From Eledone cirrhosa (Eukaryota): a stretch of 64,000 nt of DNA. The number at the start of each line of letters is the position of its first letter. The stretch's first letter is position 1. Shown here piece by piece: positions 1 to 16,865 of the stretch. The translations under genes and the position numbers were made by a program. Below the pieces are notes generated by a model that saw nothing but the letters and a program-made list of their open reading frames with translations, did not search any database and was not told where the DNA came from. Location of the stretch: positions 25,296,001-25,360,000 of the forward strand of contig OZ024753.1 of assembly GCA_964016885.1 (NCBI GenBank). The letters run 5' to 3'.

Positions 1-3000
1 GACAAGATATAGAAACATGATAGTAATAACTCCAACCAAGATATAGAAACATGATAGTAATAACTCCAACCAAGACATAGAAACAGGATAGTAATAAGTC
101 CAGACAAGATATAGAAACATGATAGTAATAACTCCAACCAAGATATAGAAACATGATAGTAATAACTCCAACCAAGACATAGAAAAATGATAGTAATAAC
201 TCCAACCAAGACATAGAAACAGTATAGTAATAACTCCAACCAAGACATAGAAACAGGATAGTAATAACTCCAGACAAGACATAGAAACAGGATAGTAATA
301 ACTCCAGACAAGACATAGAAACATGATAGTAATAACTCCAACCAAGATATAGAAACATGATAGTAATAACTCCAACCAAGACATAGAAACAGGATAGTAA
401 TAACTCCAGACAAGACATAGAAACAGGATAGTAATAACTCCAGACAAGACATAGAAACATGATAGTAATAACTCCAACCAAAATATAGAAACATGATATT
501 AATAACTCCAACCAAGATATAGAAACATGACAGTAATAACTCCAACCAAGACATAGAAACATGATAGTAATAACTCCAGTCAAGATATAGAAACATGATA
601 GTAATAACTCCAGTCAAGATATAGAAACATGATAGTAATAACTCCAACCAAGATATAGAAACATGATAGTAATAACTCCAGTCAAGATATAAAAACATGA
701 TAGTAATAACTCCAACCAAGATATAGAAACATGACAGTAATATCTCCAACCAAGACATAGAAACATGATAGTAATAACTCCAGTCAAGATATAGAAACAT
801 GATAGTAATAATTCCAGTCAAGATATAGAAACATGATAGTAATAACTCCAGTCAAGATATAGAAACATGATAGTAATAACTCCAGTCAAGATATAGAAAC
901 ATGATAGTAATAACTCCAGTCAAGATATAGAAACATGATAGTAATAACTCCAATCAAGACATAGAAACATGATAGTAATAACTCCAGTCAAGATATAGAA
1001 ACATGATAGTAATAACTCCAGTCAAGACATAGAAACATGATAGTAATAACTCCAGTCAAGACATAGAAACATAATAGTAATAACTCCAGTCAAGATATAG
1101 AAACATAATAGTAATAACTCCAATCAAGGTATAGAAACATGATAGTAATAACTCCAGTCAAGATATAGAAACATGATAGTAATAACTCCAGCCAAGATAT
1201 AGAAACATGATAGTAATAACTCCAACCAAGACATAGAAACATGATAGTAATAACTCCAACCAAGACATAGAAACATGATAGTAATAACTCCAACCAAGAT
1301 ATAGAAACAGGATAGTAATAACTCCAACCAAGACATAGAAACAGGATCGTAATAACTCCAACCAAAATATGGAAACATGATAGTAATAACTCCAATCAAG
1401 ACATCGAAACAGGATAGTAATAGCTCCAACCAAGACATAGAAACAGAATAGTAATAACTCCAACCAAGACATAGAAACAGGATAGTAATAAGTCAAACCA
1501 AGACATAGAAACAGGATAGTAATAACTCCAGCCAAGATATTGAAACAGGATAGTAATAACTCCAACCAAGACATAGAAACAGGATAGTAATAACTCCAGC
1601 CATGATATAGAAACAGGATAGTAATAACTCCAACCAAGATATAGAAACATGATAGTAATAACTCCAGCCAAGATATAGAAACAGGTTAGTAATAACTCCA
1701 ACCAAGACATAGAAACAGGATAGTAATAACTCCAACCAAGATATAGAAACATGATAGTAATAATTGCAGTCAAGATATAGAAACATGATAGTAATAACTC
1801 CAGTCAAGATATAGAAACATGATAGTAATAACTCCAACCAAGACATAGAAACAGGATAGTATTAACTCCAGACAAGACATAGAAACAGGATAGTAATAAC
1901 TCCAGACAAGACAGAGAAACATGATAGTAATAACTCCAAACAAGACATAGAAATAGGATAGTAATAACTCCAGGCAAGGCATAGAAATAGTATAGTAATA
2001 ACTCCAGACAAGACAGAGAAACATGATAGTAATAACTGCAGACAAGATATAGAAACATGATAGTAATAACTCCAACCAAGATATAGAAACATGATAGTAA
2101 TAACTCCAACCAAGACATAGAAACAGGATAGTAATAAGTCCAGACAAGAGATAGAAACATGATAGTAATAACTCCAACCAAGATATAGAAACATGATAGT
2201 AATAACTCCAACCAAGATATAGAAACATGATAGTAATAACTCCAACCAAGACATAGAAACATGATAGTAATAACTCCAACCAAGACATAGAAACAGGATA
2301 GTAATAACTCCAACCAAGACATAGAAACAGGATAGTAATAACTCCAGACAAGACATAGAAACAGGATAGTAATAACTCCAGACAAGACATAGAAACATGA
2401 TAGTAATAACTCCAACCAAGATATAGAAACATGATAGTAATAACTCCAACTAAGACATAGAAACAGGATAGTAATAACTCCAACCAAGACATAGAAACAG
2501 GATAGTAATAACTCCAGACAAGACATAGAAACAGGATAGTAATAACTCCAGTCAAGATATAGAAACATGATAGTAATAACTCCAACCAAGATATAGAAAC
2601 ATGATAGTAATAACTCCAGTCAAGATATAAAAACATGATAGTAATAACTCCAACCAAGATATAGAAACATGACAGTAATAACTCCAACCAAGACATAGAA
2701 ACATGATAGTAATAACTCCAGTCAAGATATAGAAACATGATAGTAATAACTCCAGTCAAGATATAGAAACATGATAGTAATAACTCCAGTCAAGATATAG
2801 AAACATGATAGTAATAACTCCAGTCAAGATATAGAAACATGATAGTAATAACTCCAGTCAAGATATAGAAACATGATAGTAATAACTCCAATCAAGACAT
2901 AGAAACATGATAGTAATAACTCCAGTCAAGATATAGAAACATGATAGTAATAACTCCAGTCAAGACATAGAAACATGATAGTAATAACTCCAGTCAAGAC

Positions 3001-3779
3001 ATAGAAACATAATAGTAATAACTCCAGTCAAGATATAGAAACATAATAGTAATAACTCCAATCAAGGTATAGAAACATGATAGTAATAACTCCAGTCAAG
3101 ATATAGAAACATGATAGTAATAACTCCAGCCAAGATATAGAAACATGATAGTAATAACTCCAACCAAGACATAGAAACATGATAGTAATAACTCCAACCA
3201 AGACATAGAAACATGATAGTAATAACTCCAACCAAGACATAGAAACAGGATAGTAATAACTCCAACCAAGATATAGAAACAGAATAGTAATAACTCCAAC
3301 CAAAATATAGAAACATGATAGTAATAACTCCAACCAAGATATAGAAACAGGATAGTAATAACTCCAACCAAGACATAGAAACAGGATCGTAATAACTCCA
3401 ACCAAAATATGGAAACATGATAGTAATAACTCCAATCAAGACATAGAAACAGGATAGCAATAACTCCAACCAAGACATAGAAACAGGATAGTAATAACTC
3501 CAACCAAGACATAGAAACAGGATAGTAATAACTCCAACCAAGATATAGAAACATGATAGTAATAACTCCAGCCAAGATATAGAAACAGGTTAGTAATAAC
3601 TCCAACCAAGACATAGAAACAGGATAGTAATAACTCCAACCAAGATATAGAAACATGATAGTAATAACTGCAGTCAAGATATAGAAACATGATAGTAATA
3701 ACTCCAACCAAGATATAGAAACATGATAGTAATAACTCCAACCAAGACATAGAAACAGGATAGTAATAACTCCAACCAA

Positions 3780-6700
3780 GACATAGAAACAGGATAGTAA
3801 TAACTCCAGACAAGACATAGAAACAGGATAGTAATAACTCCAGACAAGACATAGAAACATGATAGTAATAACTCCAACCAAAATATAGAAACATGATAGT
3901 AATAACTCCAACCAAGATATAGAAACATGACAGTAATAACTCCAACCAAGACATAGAAACATGATAGTAATAACTCCAGTCAAGATATAGAAACATGATA
4001 GTAATAACTCCAGTCAAGATATAGAAACATGATAGTAATAACTCCAACCAAGATATAGAAACATGATAGTAATAACTCCAGTCAAGATATAGAAACATGA
4101 TAGTAATAACTCCGACCAAGATATAGAAACATGACAGTAATAACTCCAACCAAGACATAGAAACATGATAGTAATAACTCCAGTCAAGATATAGAAACAT
4201 GATAGTAATAATTCCAGTCAAGATATAGAAACATGATAGTAATAACTCCAGTCAAGATATAGAAACATGATAGTAATAACTCCAGTCAAGATATAGAAAC
4301 ATGATAGTAATAACTCCAGTCAAGATATAGAAACATGATAGTAATAACTCCAATCAAGACATAGAAACATGATAGTAATAACTCCAGTCAAGATATAGAA
4401 ACATGATAGTAATAACTCCAGTCAAGATATAGAAACATGATAGTAATAACTCCAGCCAAGATATAGAAACATGATAGTAATAACTCCAACCAAGACATAG
4501 AAACATGATAGTAATAACTCCAACCAAGACATAGAAACATGATAGTAATAACTCCAACCAAGATATAGAAACAGGATAGTAATAACTCCAACCAAGACAT
4601 AGAAACAGGATCGTAATAACTCCAACCAAAATATGGAAACATGATAGTAATAACTCCAATCAAGACATCGAAACAGGATAGTAATAGCTCCAACCAAGAC
4701 ATAGAAACAGGATAGTAATAACTCCAACCAAGACATAGAAACAGGATAGTAATAAGTCCAACCAAGACATAGAAACAGGATAGTAATAACTCCAGCCATG
4801 ATATAGAAACAGGATAGTAATAACTCCAACCAAGACATAGAAACAGGATAGTAATAACTCCAACCAAGATATAGAAACATGATAGTAATAACTCCAGCCA
4901 AGATATAGAAACAGGTTAGTAATAACTCCAACCAAGACATAGAAACAGGATAGTAATAACTCCAACCAAGATATAGAAACATGATAGTAATAACTGCAGT
5001 CAAGATATAGAAACATGATAGTAATAACTCCAGTCAAGATATAGAAACATGATAGTAATAACTCCAACCAAGACATAGAAACAGGATAGTATTAACTCCA
5101 GACAAGACATAGAAACAGGATAGTAATAACTCCAGACAAGACAGAGAAACATGATAGTAATAACTCCAAACAAGACATAGAAATAGGATAGTAATAACTC
5201 CAGGCAAGACATAGAAATAGTATAGTAATAACTCCAGACAAGACAGAGAAACATGATAGTAATAACTGCAGACAAGATATAGAAACATGATAGTAATAAC
5301 TCCAACCAAGACATAGAAACAGGATAGTAATAAGTCCAGACAAGAGATAGAAACATGATAGTAATAACTCCAACCAAGATATAGAAACATGATAGTAATA
5401 ACTCCAACCAAGATATAGAAACATGATAGTAATAACTCCAACCAAGACATAGAAACATGATAGTAATAACTCCAACCAAGACATAGAAACAGGATAGTAA
5501 TAACTCCAACCAAGACATAGAAACAGGATAGTAATAACTCCAGACAAGACATAGAAACAGGATAGTAATAACTCCAGACAAGACATAGAAACATGATAGT
5601 AATAACTCCAACCAAGATATAGAAACATGATAGTAATAACTCCAACCAAGACATAGAAACAGGATAGTAATAACTCCAACCAAGACATAGAAACAGGATA
5701 GTAATAACTCCAGACAAGACATAGAAACATGATAGTAATAACTCGAACCAAAATATAGAAACATGATAGTAATAACTCCAACCAAGATATAGAAACATGA
5801 CAGTAATAACTCCAACCAAGACATAGAAACATGATAGTAATAACTCCAACCAAGACATAGAAACAGGATAGTAATAACTCCAACCAAGATATAGAAACAG
5901 AATAGTAATAACTCCAACCAAAATATAGAAACATGATAGTAATAACTCCAACCAAGATATAGAAACAGGATAGTAATAACTCCAACCAAGACATAGAAAC
6001 AGGATCGTAATAACTCCAACCAAAATATGGAAACATGATAGTAATAACTCCAATCAAGACATAGAAACAGGATAGTAATAACTCCAACCAAGACATAGAA
6101 ACAGGATAGTAATAACTCCAACCAAGACATAGAAACAGGATAGTAATAACTCCAACCAAGATATAGAAACATGATAGTAATAACTCCAGCCAAGATATAG
6201 AAACAGGTTAGTAATAACTCCAACCAAGACATAGAAACAGGATAGTAATAACTCCAACCAAGATATAGAAACATGATAGTAATAACTCCAACCAAGATAT
6301 AGAAACATGATAGTAATAACTCCAACCAAGACATAGAAACAGGATAGTAATAACACCAGACAAGACATAGAAACAGGATAGTAATAACTCCAGACAAGAC
6401 ATAGAAACATGATAGTAATAACTCCAACCAAAATATAGAAACATGATAGTAATAACTCCAACCAAGATATAGAAACATGACAGTAATAACTCCAACCAAG
6501 ACATAGAAACATGATAGTAATAACTCCAGTCAAGATATAGAAACATGATAGTAATAACTCCAGTCAAGATATAGAAACATGATAGTAATAACTCCAACCA
6601 AGATATAGAAACATGATAGTAATAACTCCAGTCAAGATATAGAAACATGATAGTAATAACTCCGACCAAGATATAGAAACATGACAGTAATAACTCCAAC

Positions 6701-9700
6701 CAAGACATAGAAACATGATAGTAATAACTCCAGTCAAGATATAGAAACATGATAGTAATAATTCCAGTCAAGATATAGAAACATGATAGTAATAACTCCA
6801 GTCAAGATATAGAAACATGATAGTAATAACTCCAGTCAAGATATAGAAACATGATAGTAATAACTCCAGTCAAGATATAGAAACATGATAGTAATAACTC
6901 CAATCAAGACATAGAAACATGATAGTAATAACTCCAGTCAAGATATAGAAACATGATAGTAATAACTCCAGTCAAGATATAGAAACATGATAGTAATAAC
7001 TCCAGCCAAGATATAGAAACATGATAGTAATAACTCCAACCAAGACATAGAAACATGATAGTAATAACTCCAACCAAGACATAGAAACATGATAGTAATA
7101 ACTCCAACCAAGATATAGAAACAGGATAGTAATAACTCCAACCAAGACATAGAAACAGGATCGTAATAACTCCAACCAAAATATGGAAACATGATAGTAA
7201 TAACTCCAATCAAGACATCGAAACAGGATAGTAATAGCTCCAACCAAGACATAGAAACAGGATAGTAATAACTCCAACCAAGACATAGAAACAGGATAGT
7301 AATAAGTCCAACCAAGACATAGAAACAGGATAGTAATAACTCCAGCCATGATATAGAAACAGGATAGTAATAACTCCAACCAAGACATAGAAACAGGATA
7401 GTAATAACTCCAACCAAGATATAGAAACATGATAGTAATAACTCCAGCCAAGATATAGAAACAGGTTAGTAATAACTCCAACCAAGACATAGAAACAGGA
7501 TAGTAATAACTCCAACCAAGATATAGAAACATGATAGTAATAACTGCAGTCAAGATATAGAAACATGATAGTAATAACTCCAGTCAAGATATAGAAACAT
7601 GATAGTAATAACTCCAACCAAGACATAGAAACAGGATAGTATTAACTCCAGACAAGACATAGAAACAGGATAGTAATAACTCCAGACAAGACAGAGAAAC
7701 ATGATAGTAATAACTCCAAACAAGACATAGAAATAGGATAGTAATAACTCCAGGCAAGACATAGAAATAGTATAGTAATAACTCCAGACAAGACAGAGAA
7801 ACATGATAGTAATAACTGCAGACAAGATATAGAAACATGATAGTAATAACTCCAACCAAGACATAGAAACAGGATAGTAATAAGTCCAGACAAGAGATAG
7901 AAACATGATAGTAATAACTCCAACCAAGATATAGAAACATGATAGTAATAACTCCAACCAAGATATAGAAACATGATAGTAATAACTCCAACCAAGACAT
8001 AGAAACATGATAGTAATAACTCCAACCAAGACATAGAAACAGGATAGTAATAACTCCAACCAAGACATAGAAACAGGATAGTAATAACTCCAGACAAGAC
8101 ATAGAAACAGGATAGTAATAACTCCAGACAAGACATAGAAACATGATAGTAATAACTCCAACCAAGATATAGAAACATGATAGTAATAACTCCAACCAAG
8201 ACATAGAAACAGGATAGTAATAACTCCAACCAAGACATAGAAACAGGATAGTAATAACTCCAGACAAGACATAGAAACATGATAGTAATAACTCGAACCA
8301 AAATATAGAAACATGATAGTAATAACTCCAACCAAGATATAGAAACATGACAGTAATAACTCCAACCAAGACATAGAAACATGATAGTAATAACTCCAAC
8401 CAAGACATAGAAACAGGATAGTAATAACTCCAACCAAGATATAGAAACAGAATAGTAATAACTCCAACCAAAATATAGAAACATGATAGTAATAACTCCA
8501 ACCAAGATATAGAAACAGGATAGTAATAACTCCAACCAAGACATAGAAACAGGATCGTAATAACTCCAACCAAAATATGGAAACATGATAGTAATAACTC
8601 CAATCAAGACATAGAAACAGGATAGTAATAACTCCAACCAAGACATAGAAACAGGATAGTAATAACTCCAACCAAGACATAGAAACAGGATAGTAATAAC
8701 TCCAACCAAGATATAGAAACATGATAGTAATAACTCCAGCCAAGATATAGAAACAGGTTAGTAATAACTCCAACCAAGACATAGAAACAGGATAGTAATA
8801 ACTCCAACCAAGATATAGAAACATGATAGTAATAACTCCAACCAAGATATAGAAACATGATAGTAATAACTCCAACCAAGACATAGAAACAGGATAGTAA
8901 TAACACCAGACAAGACATAGAAACAGGATAGTAATAACTCCAGACAAAACATAGAAACATGATAGTAATAACTCCAACCAAAATATAGAAACATGATAGT
9001 AATAACTCCAACCAAGATATAGAAACATGACAGTAATAACTCCAACCAAGACATAGAAACATGATAGTAATAACTCCAGTCAAGATATAGAAACATGATA
9101 GTAATAACTCCAGTCAAGATATAGAAACATGATAGTAATAACTCCAACCAAGATATAGAAACATGATAGTAATAACTCCAGTCAAGATATAGAAACATGA
9201 TAGTAATAACTCCGACCAAGATATAGAAACATGACAGTAATAACTCCAACCAAGACATAGAAACATGATAGTAATAACTCCAGTCAAGATATAGAAACAT
9301 GATAGTAATAATTCCAGTCAAGATATAGAAACATGATAGTAATAACTCCAGTCAAGATATAGAAACATGATAGTAATAACTCCAGTCAAGATATAGAAAC
9401 ATGATAGTAATAACTCCAGTCAAGATATAGAAACATGATAGTAATAACTCCAATCAAGACATAGAAACATGATAGTAATAACTCCAGTCAAGATATAGAA
9501 ACATGATAGTAATAACTCCAGTCAAGATATAGAAACATGATAGTAATAACTCCAGCCAAGATATAGAAACATGATAGTAATAACTCCAACCAAGACATAG
9601 AAACATGATAGTAATAACTCCAACCAAGACATAGAAACATGATAGTAATAACTCCAACCAAGATATAGAAACAGGATAGTAATAACTCCAACCAAGACAT

Positions 9701-10948
9701 AGAAACAGGATCGTAATAACTCCAACCAAAATATGGAAACATGATAGTAATAACTCCAATCAAGACATCGAAACAGGATAGTAATAGCTCCAACCAAGAC
9801 ATAGAAACAGGATAGTAATAACTCCAACCAAGACATAGAAACAGGATAGTAATAAGTCCAACCAAGACATAGAAACAGGATAGTAATAACTCCAGCCATG
9901 ATATAGAAACAGGATAGTAATAACTCCAACCAAGACATAGAAACAGGATAGTAATAACTCCAACCAAGATATAGAAACATGATAGTAATAACTCCAGCCA
10001 AGATATAGAAACAGGTTAGTAATAACTCCAACCAAGACATAGAAACAGGATAGTAATAACTCCAACCAAGATATAGAAACATGATAGTAATAACTGCAGT
10101 CAAGATATAGAAACATGATAGTAATAACTCCAGTCAAGATATAGAAACATGATAGTAATAACTCCAACCAAGACATAGAAACAGGATAGTATTAACTCCA
10201 GACAAGACATAGAAACAGGATAGTAATAACTCCAGACAAGACAGAGAAACATGATAGTAATAACTCCAAACAAGACATAGAAATAGGACAGTAATAACTC
10301 CAGGCAAGACATAGAAATAGTATAGTAATAACTCCAGACAAGACAGAGAAACATGATAGTAATAACTGCAGACAAGATATAGAAACATGATAGTAATAAT
10401 TCCAACCAAGACATAGAAACAGGATAGTAATAAGTCCAGACAAGAGATAGAAACATGATAGTAATAACTCCAACCAAGATATAGAAACATGATAGTAATA
10501 ACTCCAACCAAGATATAGAAACATGATAGTAATAACTCCAACCAAGACATAGAAACATGATAGTAATAACTCCAACCAAGACATAGAAACAGGATAGTAA
10601 TAACTCCAACCAAGACATAGAAACAGGATAGTAATAACTCCAGACAAGACATAGAAACAGGATAGTAATAACTCCAGACAAGACATAGAAACATGATAGT
10701 AATAACTCCAACCAAGATATAGAAACATGATAGTAATAACTCCAACCAAGACATAGAAACAGGATAGTAATAACTCCAACCAAGACATAGAAACAGGATA
10801 GTAATAACTCCAGACAAGACATAGAAACATGATAGTAATAACTCGAACCAAAATATAGAAACATGATAGTAATAACTCCAACCAAGATATAGAAACATGA
10901 CAGTAATAACTCCAACCAAGACATAGAAACATGATAGTAATAACTCCA
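3780..10948 (+). repeat. Higher-order repeat with 2550-bp period (75 monomers), ~2.8 tandem copies
   Basis: Identical variant strings and ORF translations recur at 4354/6904/9454 and 5000/7550 (offset 2550 = 75x34). Identity breaks near 10949. Boundaries are approximate. Confidence 0.9.
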
Positions 10949-11419
10949 GTCAAGATATACAAACATGATAGTAATAACTCCAGTCAAGATATAGAAACAT
11001 GATAGTAATAACTCCAACCAAGATATAGAAACATGATAGTAATAACTCCAGTCAAGATATAAAAACATGATAGTAATAACTCCAACCAAGATATAGAAAC
11101 ATGACAGTAATAACTCCAACCAAGACATAGAAACATGATAGTAATAACTCCAGTCAAGATATACAAACATGATAGTAATAACTCCAGTCAAGATATAGAA
11201 ACATGATAGTAATAACTCCAACCAAGATATAGAAACATGATAGTAATAACTCCAGTCAAGATATAAAAACATGATAGTAATAACTCCAACCAAGATATAG
11301 AAACATGACAGTAATAACTCCAACCAAGACATAGAAACAGGATAGTAATAACTCCAGCCAAGATATTGAAACAGGATAGTAATAACTCCAACCAAGACAT
11401 AGAAACAGGATAGTAATAA

Positions 11420-14400
11420 CTCCAGCCATGATATAGAAACAGGATAGTAATAACTCCAACCAAGATATAGAAACATGATAGTAATAACTCCAGCCAAGAT
11501 ATAGAAACAGGTTAGTAATAACTCCAACCAAGACATAGAAACAGGATAGTAATAACTCCAACCAAGATATAGAAACATGATAGTAATAACTGCAGTCAAG
11601 ATATAGAAACATGATAGTAATAACTCCAGTCAAGATATAGAAACATGATAGTAATAACTCCAACCAAGACATAGAAACAGGATAGTATTAACTCCAGACA
11701 AGACATAGAAACAGGATAGTAATAACTCCAGACAAGACAGAGAAACATGATAGTAATAACTCCAAACAAGACATAGAAATAGGATAGTAATAACTCCAGG
11801 CAAGGCATAGAAATAGTATAGTAATAACTCCAGACAAGACAGAGAAACATGATAGTAATAACTGCAGACAAGATATAGAAACATGATAGTAATAACTCCA
11901 ACCAAGATATAGAAACATGATAGTAATAACTCCAACCAAGACATAGAAACAGGATAGTAATAAGTCCAGACAAGAGATAGAAACATGATAGTAATAACTC
12001 CAACCAAGATATAGAAACATGATAGTAATAACTCCAACCAAGATATAGAAACATGATAGTAATAACTCCAACCAAGACATAGAAACATGATAGTAATAAC
12101 TCCAACCAAGACATAGAAACAGGATAGTAATAACTCCAACCAAGACATAGAAACAGGATAGTAATAACTCCAGACAAGACATAGAAACAGGATAGTAATA
12201 ACTCCAGACAAGACATAGAAACATGATAGTAATAACTCCAACCAAGATATAGAAACATGATAGTAATAACTCCAACTAAGACATAGAAACAGGATAGTAA
12301 TAACTCCAACCAAGACATAGAAACAGGATAGTAATAACTCCAGACAAGACATAGAAACAGGATAGTAATAACTCCAGACAAGACATAGAAACATGATAGT
12401 AATAACTCGAACCAAAATATAGAAACATGATAGTAATAACTCCAACCAAGATATAGAAATATGACAGTAATAACTCCAACCAAGACATAGAAACATGATA
12501 GTAATAACTCCAGTCAAGATATAGAAACATGATAGTAATAACTCCAGTCAAGATATAGAAACATGATAGTAATAACTCCAACCAACATATAGAAACATGA
12601 TAGTAATAACTCCAGTCAAGATATAAAAACATGATAGTAATAACTCCAACCAAGATATAGAAACATGACAGTAATAACTCCAACCAAGACATAGAAACAT
12701 GATAGTAATAACTCCAGTCAAGATATAGAAACATGATAGTAATAACTCCAGTCAAGATATAGAAACATGATAGTAATAACTCCAGTCAAGATATAGAAAC
12801 ATGATAGTAATAACTCCAGTCAAGATATAGAAACATGATAGTAATAACTCCAGTCAAGATATAGAAACATGATAGTAATAACTCCAATCAAGACATAGAA
12901 ACATGATAGTAATAACTCCAGTCAAGATATAGAAACATGATAGTAATAACTCCAGTCAAGACATAGAAACATGATAGTAATAACTCCAGTCAAGACATAG
13001 AAACATAATAGTAATAACTCCAGTCAAGATATAGAAACATAATAGTAATAACTCCAATCAAGGTATAGAAACATGATAGTAATAACTCCAGTCAAGATAT
13101 AGAAACATGATAGTAATAACTCCAACCAAGACATAGAAACAGGATCGTAATAACTCCAACCAAAATATGGAAACATGATAGTAATAACTCCAATCAAGAC
13201 ATCGAAACAGGATAGTAATAGCTCCAACCAAGACATAGAAACAGGATAGTAATAACTCCAACCAAGACATAGAAACAGGATAGTAATAACTCCAACCAAG
13301 ACATAGAAACAGGATAGTAATAACTCCAACCAAGATATAGAAACATGATAGTAATAACTCCAGCCAAGATATAGAAACAGGTTAGTAATAACTCCAACCA
13401 AGACATAGAAACAGGATAGTAATAACTCCAACCAAGATATAGAAACATGATAGTAATAACTGCAGTCAAGATATAGAAACATGATAGTAATAACTCCAAC
13501 CAAGATATAGAAACATGATAGTAATAACTCCAACCAAGACATAGAAACAGGATAGTAATAACTCCAACCAAGACATAGAAACAGGATAGTAATAACTCCA
13601 GACAAGACATAGAAACAGGATAGTAATAACTCCAGACAAGACATAGAAACATGATAGTAATAACTCCAACCAAAATATAGAAACATGATAGTAATAACTC
13701 CAACCAAGATATAGAAACATGACAGTAATAACTCCAACCAAGACATAGAAACATGATAGTAATAACTCCAGTCAAGATATAGAAACATGATAGTAATAAC
13801 TCCAGTCAAGATATAGAAACATGATAGTAATAACTCCAACCAAGATATAGAAACATGATAGTAATAACTCCAGTCAAGATATAGAAACATGATAGTAATA
13901 ACTCCGACCAAGATATAGAAACATGACAGTAATAACTCCAACCAAGACATAGAAACATGATAGTAATAACTCCAGTCAAGATATAGAAACATGATAGTAA
14001 TAATTCCAGTCAAGATATAGAAACATGATAGTAATAACTCCAGTCAAGATATAGAAACATGATAGTAATAACTCCAGTCAAGATATAGAAACATGATAGT
14101 AATAACTCCAGTCAAGATATAGAAACATGATAGTAATAACTCCAATCAAGACATAGAAACATGATAGTAATAACTCCAGTCAAGATATAGAAACATGATA
14201 GTAATAACTCCAGTCAAGATATAGAAACATGATAGTAATAACTCCAGCCAAGATATAGAAACATGATAGTAATAACTCCAACCAAGACATAGAAACATGA
14301 TAGTAATAACTCCAACCAAGACATAGAAACATGATAGTAATAACTCCAACCAAGATATAGAAACAGGATAGTAATAACTCCAACCAAGACATAGAAACAG

Positions 14401-16865
14401 GATCGTAATAACTCCAACCAAAATATGGAAACATGATAGTAATAACTCCAATCAAGACATCGAAACAGGATAGTAATAGCTCCAACCAAGACATAGAAAC
14501 AGGATAGTAATAACTCCAACCAAGACATAGAAACAGGATAGTAATAAGTCCAACCAAGACATAGAAACAGGATAATAATAACTCCAGCCATGATATAGAA
14601 ACAGGATAGTAATAACTCCAACCAAGACATAGAAACAGGATAGTAATAACTCCAACCAAGATATAGAAACATGATAGTAATAACTCCAGCCAAGATATAG
14701 AAACAGGTTAGTAATAACTCCAACCAAGACATAGAAACAGGATAGTAATAACTCCAACCAAGATATAGAAACATGATAGTAATAACTGCAGTCAAGATAT
14801 AGAAACATGATAGTAATAACTCCAGTCAAGATATAGAAACATGATAGTAATAACTCCAACCAAGACATAGAAACAGGATAGTATTAACTCCAGACAAGAC
14901 ATAGAAACAAGATAGTAATAACTCCAGACAAGACAGAGAAACATGATAGTAATAACTCCAAACAAGACATAGAAATAGGATAGTAATAACTCCAGGCAAG
15001 ACATAGAAATAGTATAGTAATAACTCCAGACAAGACAGAGAAACATGATAGTAATAACTGCAGACAAGATATAGAAACATGATAGTAATAACTCCAACCA
15101 AGACATAGAAACAGGATAGTAATAAGTCCAGACAAGAGATAGAAACATGATAGTAATAACTCCAGCCATGATATAGAAACAGGATAGTAATAACTCCAAC
15201 CAAGATATAGAAACATGATAGTAATAACTCCAGCCAAGATATAGAAACAGGTTAGTAATAACTCCAACCAAGACATAGAAACAGGATAGTAATAACTCCA
15301 ACCAAGATATAGAAACATGATAGTAATAACTGCAGTCAAGATATAGAAACATGATAGTAATAACTCCAGTCAAGATATAGAAACATGATAGTAATAACTC
15401 CAACCAAGACATAGAAACAGGATAGTATTAACTCCAGACAAGACATAGAAACAGGATAGTAATAACTCCAGACAAGACAGAGAAACATGATAGTAAAAAC
15501 TCCAAACAAGACATAGAAATAGGATAGTAATAACTCCAGGCAAGGCATAGAAATAGTATAGTAATAACTCCAGACAAGACAGAGAAACATGATAGTAATA
15601 ACTGCAGACAAGATATAGAAACATGATAGTAATAACTCCAACCAAGATATAGAAACATGATAGTAATAACTCCAACCAAGACATAGAAACAGGATAGTAA
15701 TAAGTCCAGACAAGAGATAGAAACATGATAGTAATAACTCCAACCAAGATATAGAAACATGATAGTAATAACTCCAACCAAGATATAGAAACATGATAGT
15801 AATAACTCCAACCAAGACATAGAAACATGATAGTAATAACTCCAACCAAGACATAGAAACAGGATAGTAATAACTCCAACCAAGACATAGAAACAGGATA
15901 GTAATAACTCCAGACAAGACATAGAAACAGGATAGTAATAACTCCAGACAAGACATAGAAACATGATAGTAATAACTCCAACCAAGATATAGAAACATGA
16001 TAGTAATAACTCCAACTAAGACATAGAAACAGGATAGTAATAACTCCAACCAAGACATAGAAACAGGATAGTAATAACTCCAGACAAGACATAGAAACAG
16101 GATAGTAATAACTCCAGACAAGACATAGAAACATGATAGTAATAACTCGAACCAAAATATAGAAACATGATAGTAATAACTCCAACCAAGATATAGAAAT
16201 ATGACAGTAATAACTCCAACCAAGACATAGAAACATGATAGTAATAACTCCAGTCAAGATATAGAAACATAATAGTAATAACTCCAGTCAAGATATAGAA
16301 ACATGATAGTAATAACTCCAACCAAGATATAGAAACATGATAGTAATAACTCCAGTCAAGATATAAAAACATGATAGTAATAACTCCAACCAAGATATAG
16401 AAACATGACAGTAATAACTCCAACCAAGACATAGAAACATGATAGTAATAACTCCAGTCAAGATATAGAAACATGATAGTAATAACTCCAGTCAAGATAT
16501 AGAAACATGATAGTAATAACTCCAGTCAAGATATAGAAACATGATAGTAATAACTCCAGTCAAGATATAGAAACATGATAGTAATAACTCCAGTCAAGAT
16601 ATAGAAACATGATAGTAATAACTCCAATCAAGACATAGTAAACATGATAGTAATAACTCCAGTCAAGATATAGAAACATGATAGTAATAACTCCAGTCAA
16701 GACATAGAAACATGATAGTAATAACTCCAGTCAAGACATAGAAACATAATAGTAATAACTCCAGTCAAGATATAGAAACATAATAGTAATAACTCCAATC
16801 AAGGTATAGAAACATGATAGTAATAACTCCAGTCAAGATATAGAAACATGATAGTAATAACTCCA
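11420..16865 (+). repeat. Intra-array duplication of a ~1.7-kb block at 3740-bp offset (110 monomers)
   Basis: Rare variant tccagccatg at 11421 and 15161; ORF translations 11596..12483 and 15336..16223 are near-identical. Confidence 0.8.

Noticed and set aside
1-170. 5x34 = 170 bp nucleosome-sized periodicity and a possible internal sub-repeat (gatatagaaac vs gatagtaataac)
   Set aside because: No 5-mer higher-order pattern is visible in the variants, and the internal similarity is too weak to support by eye.
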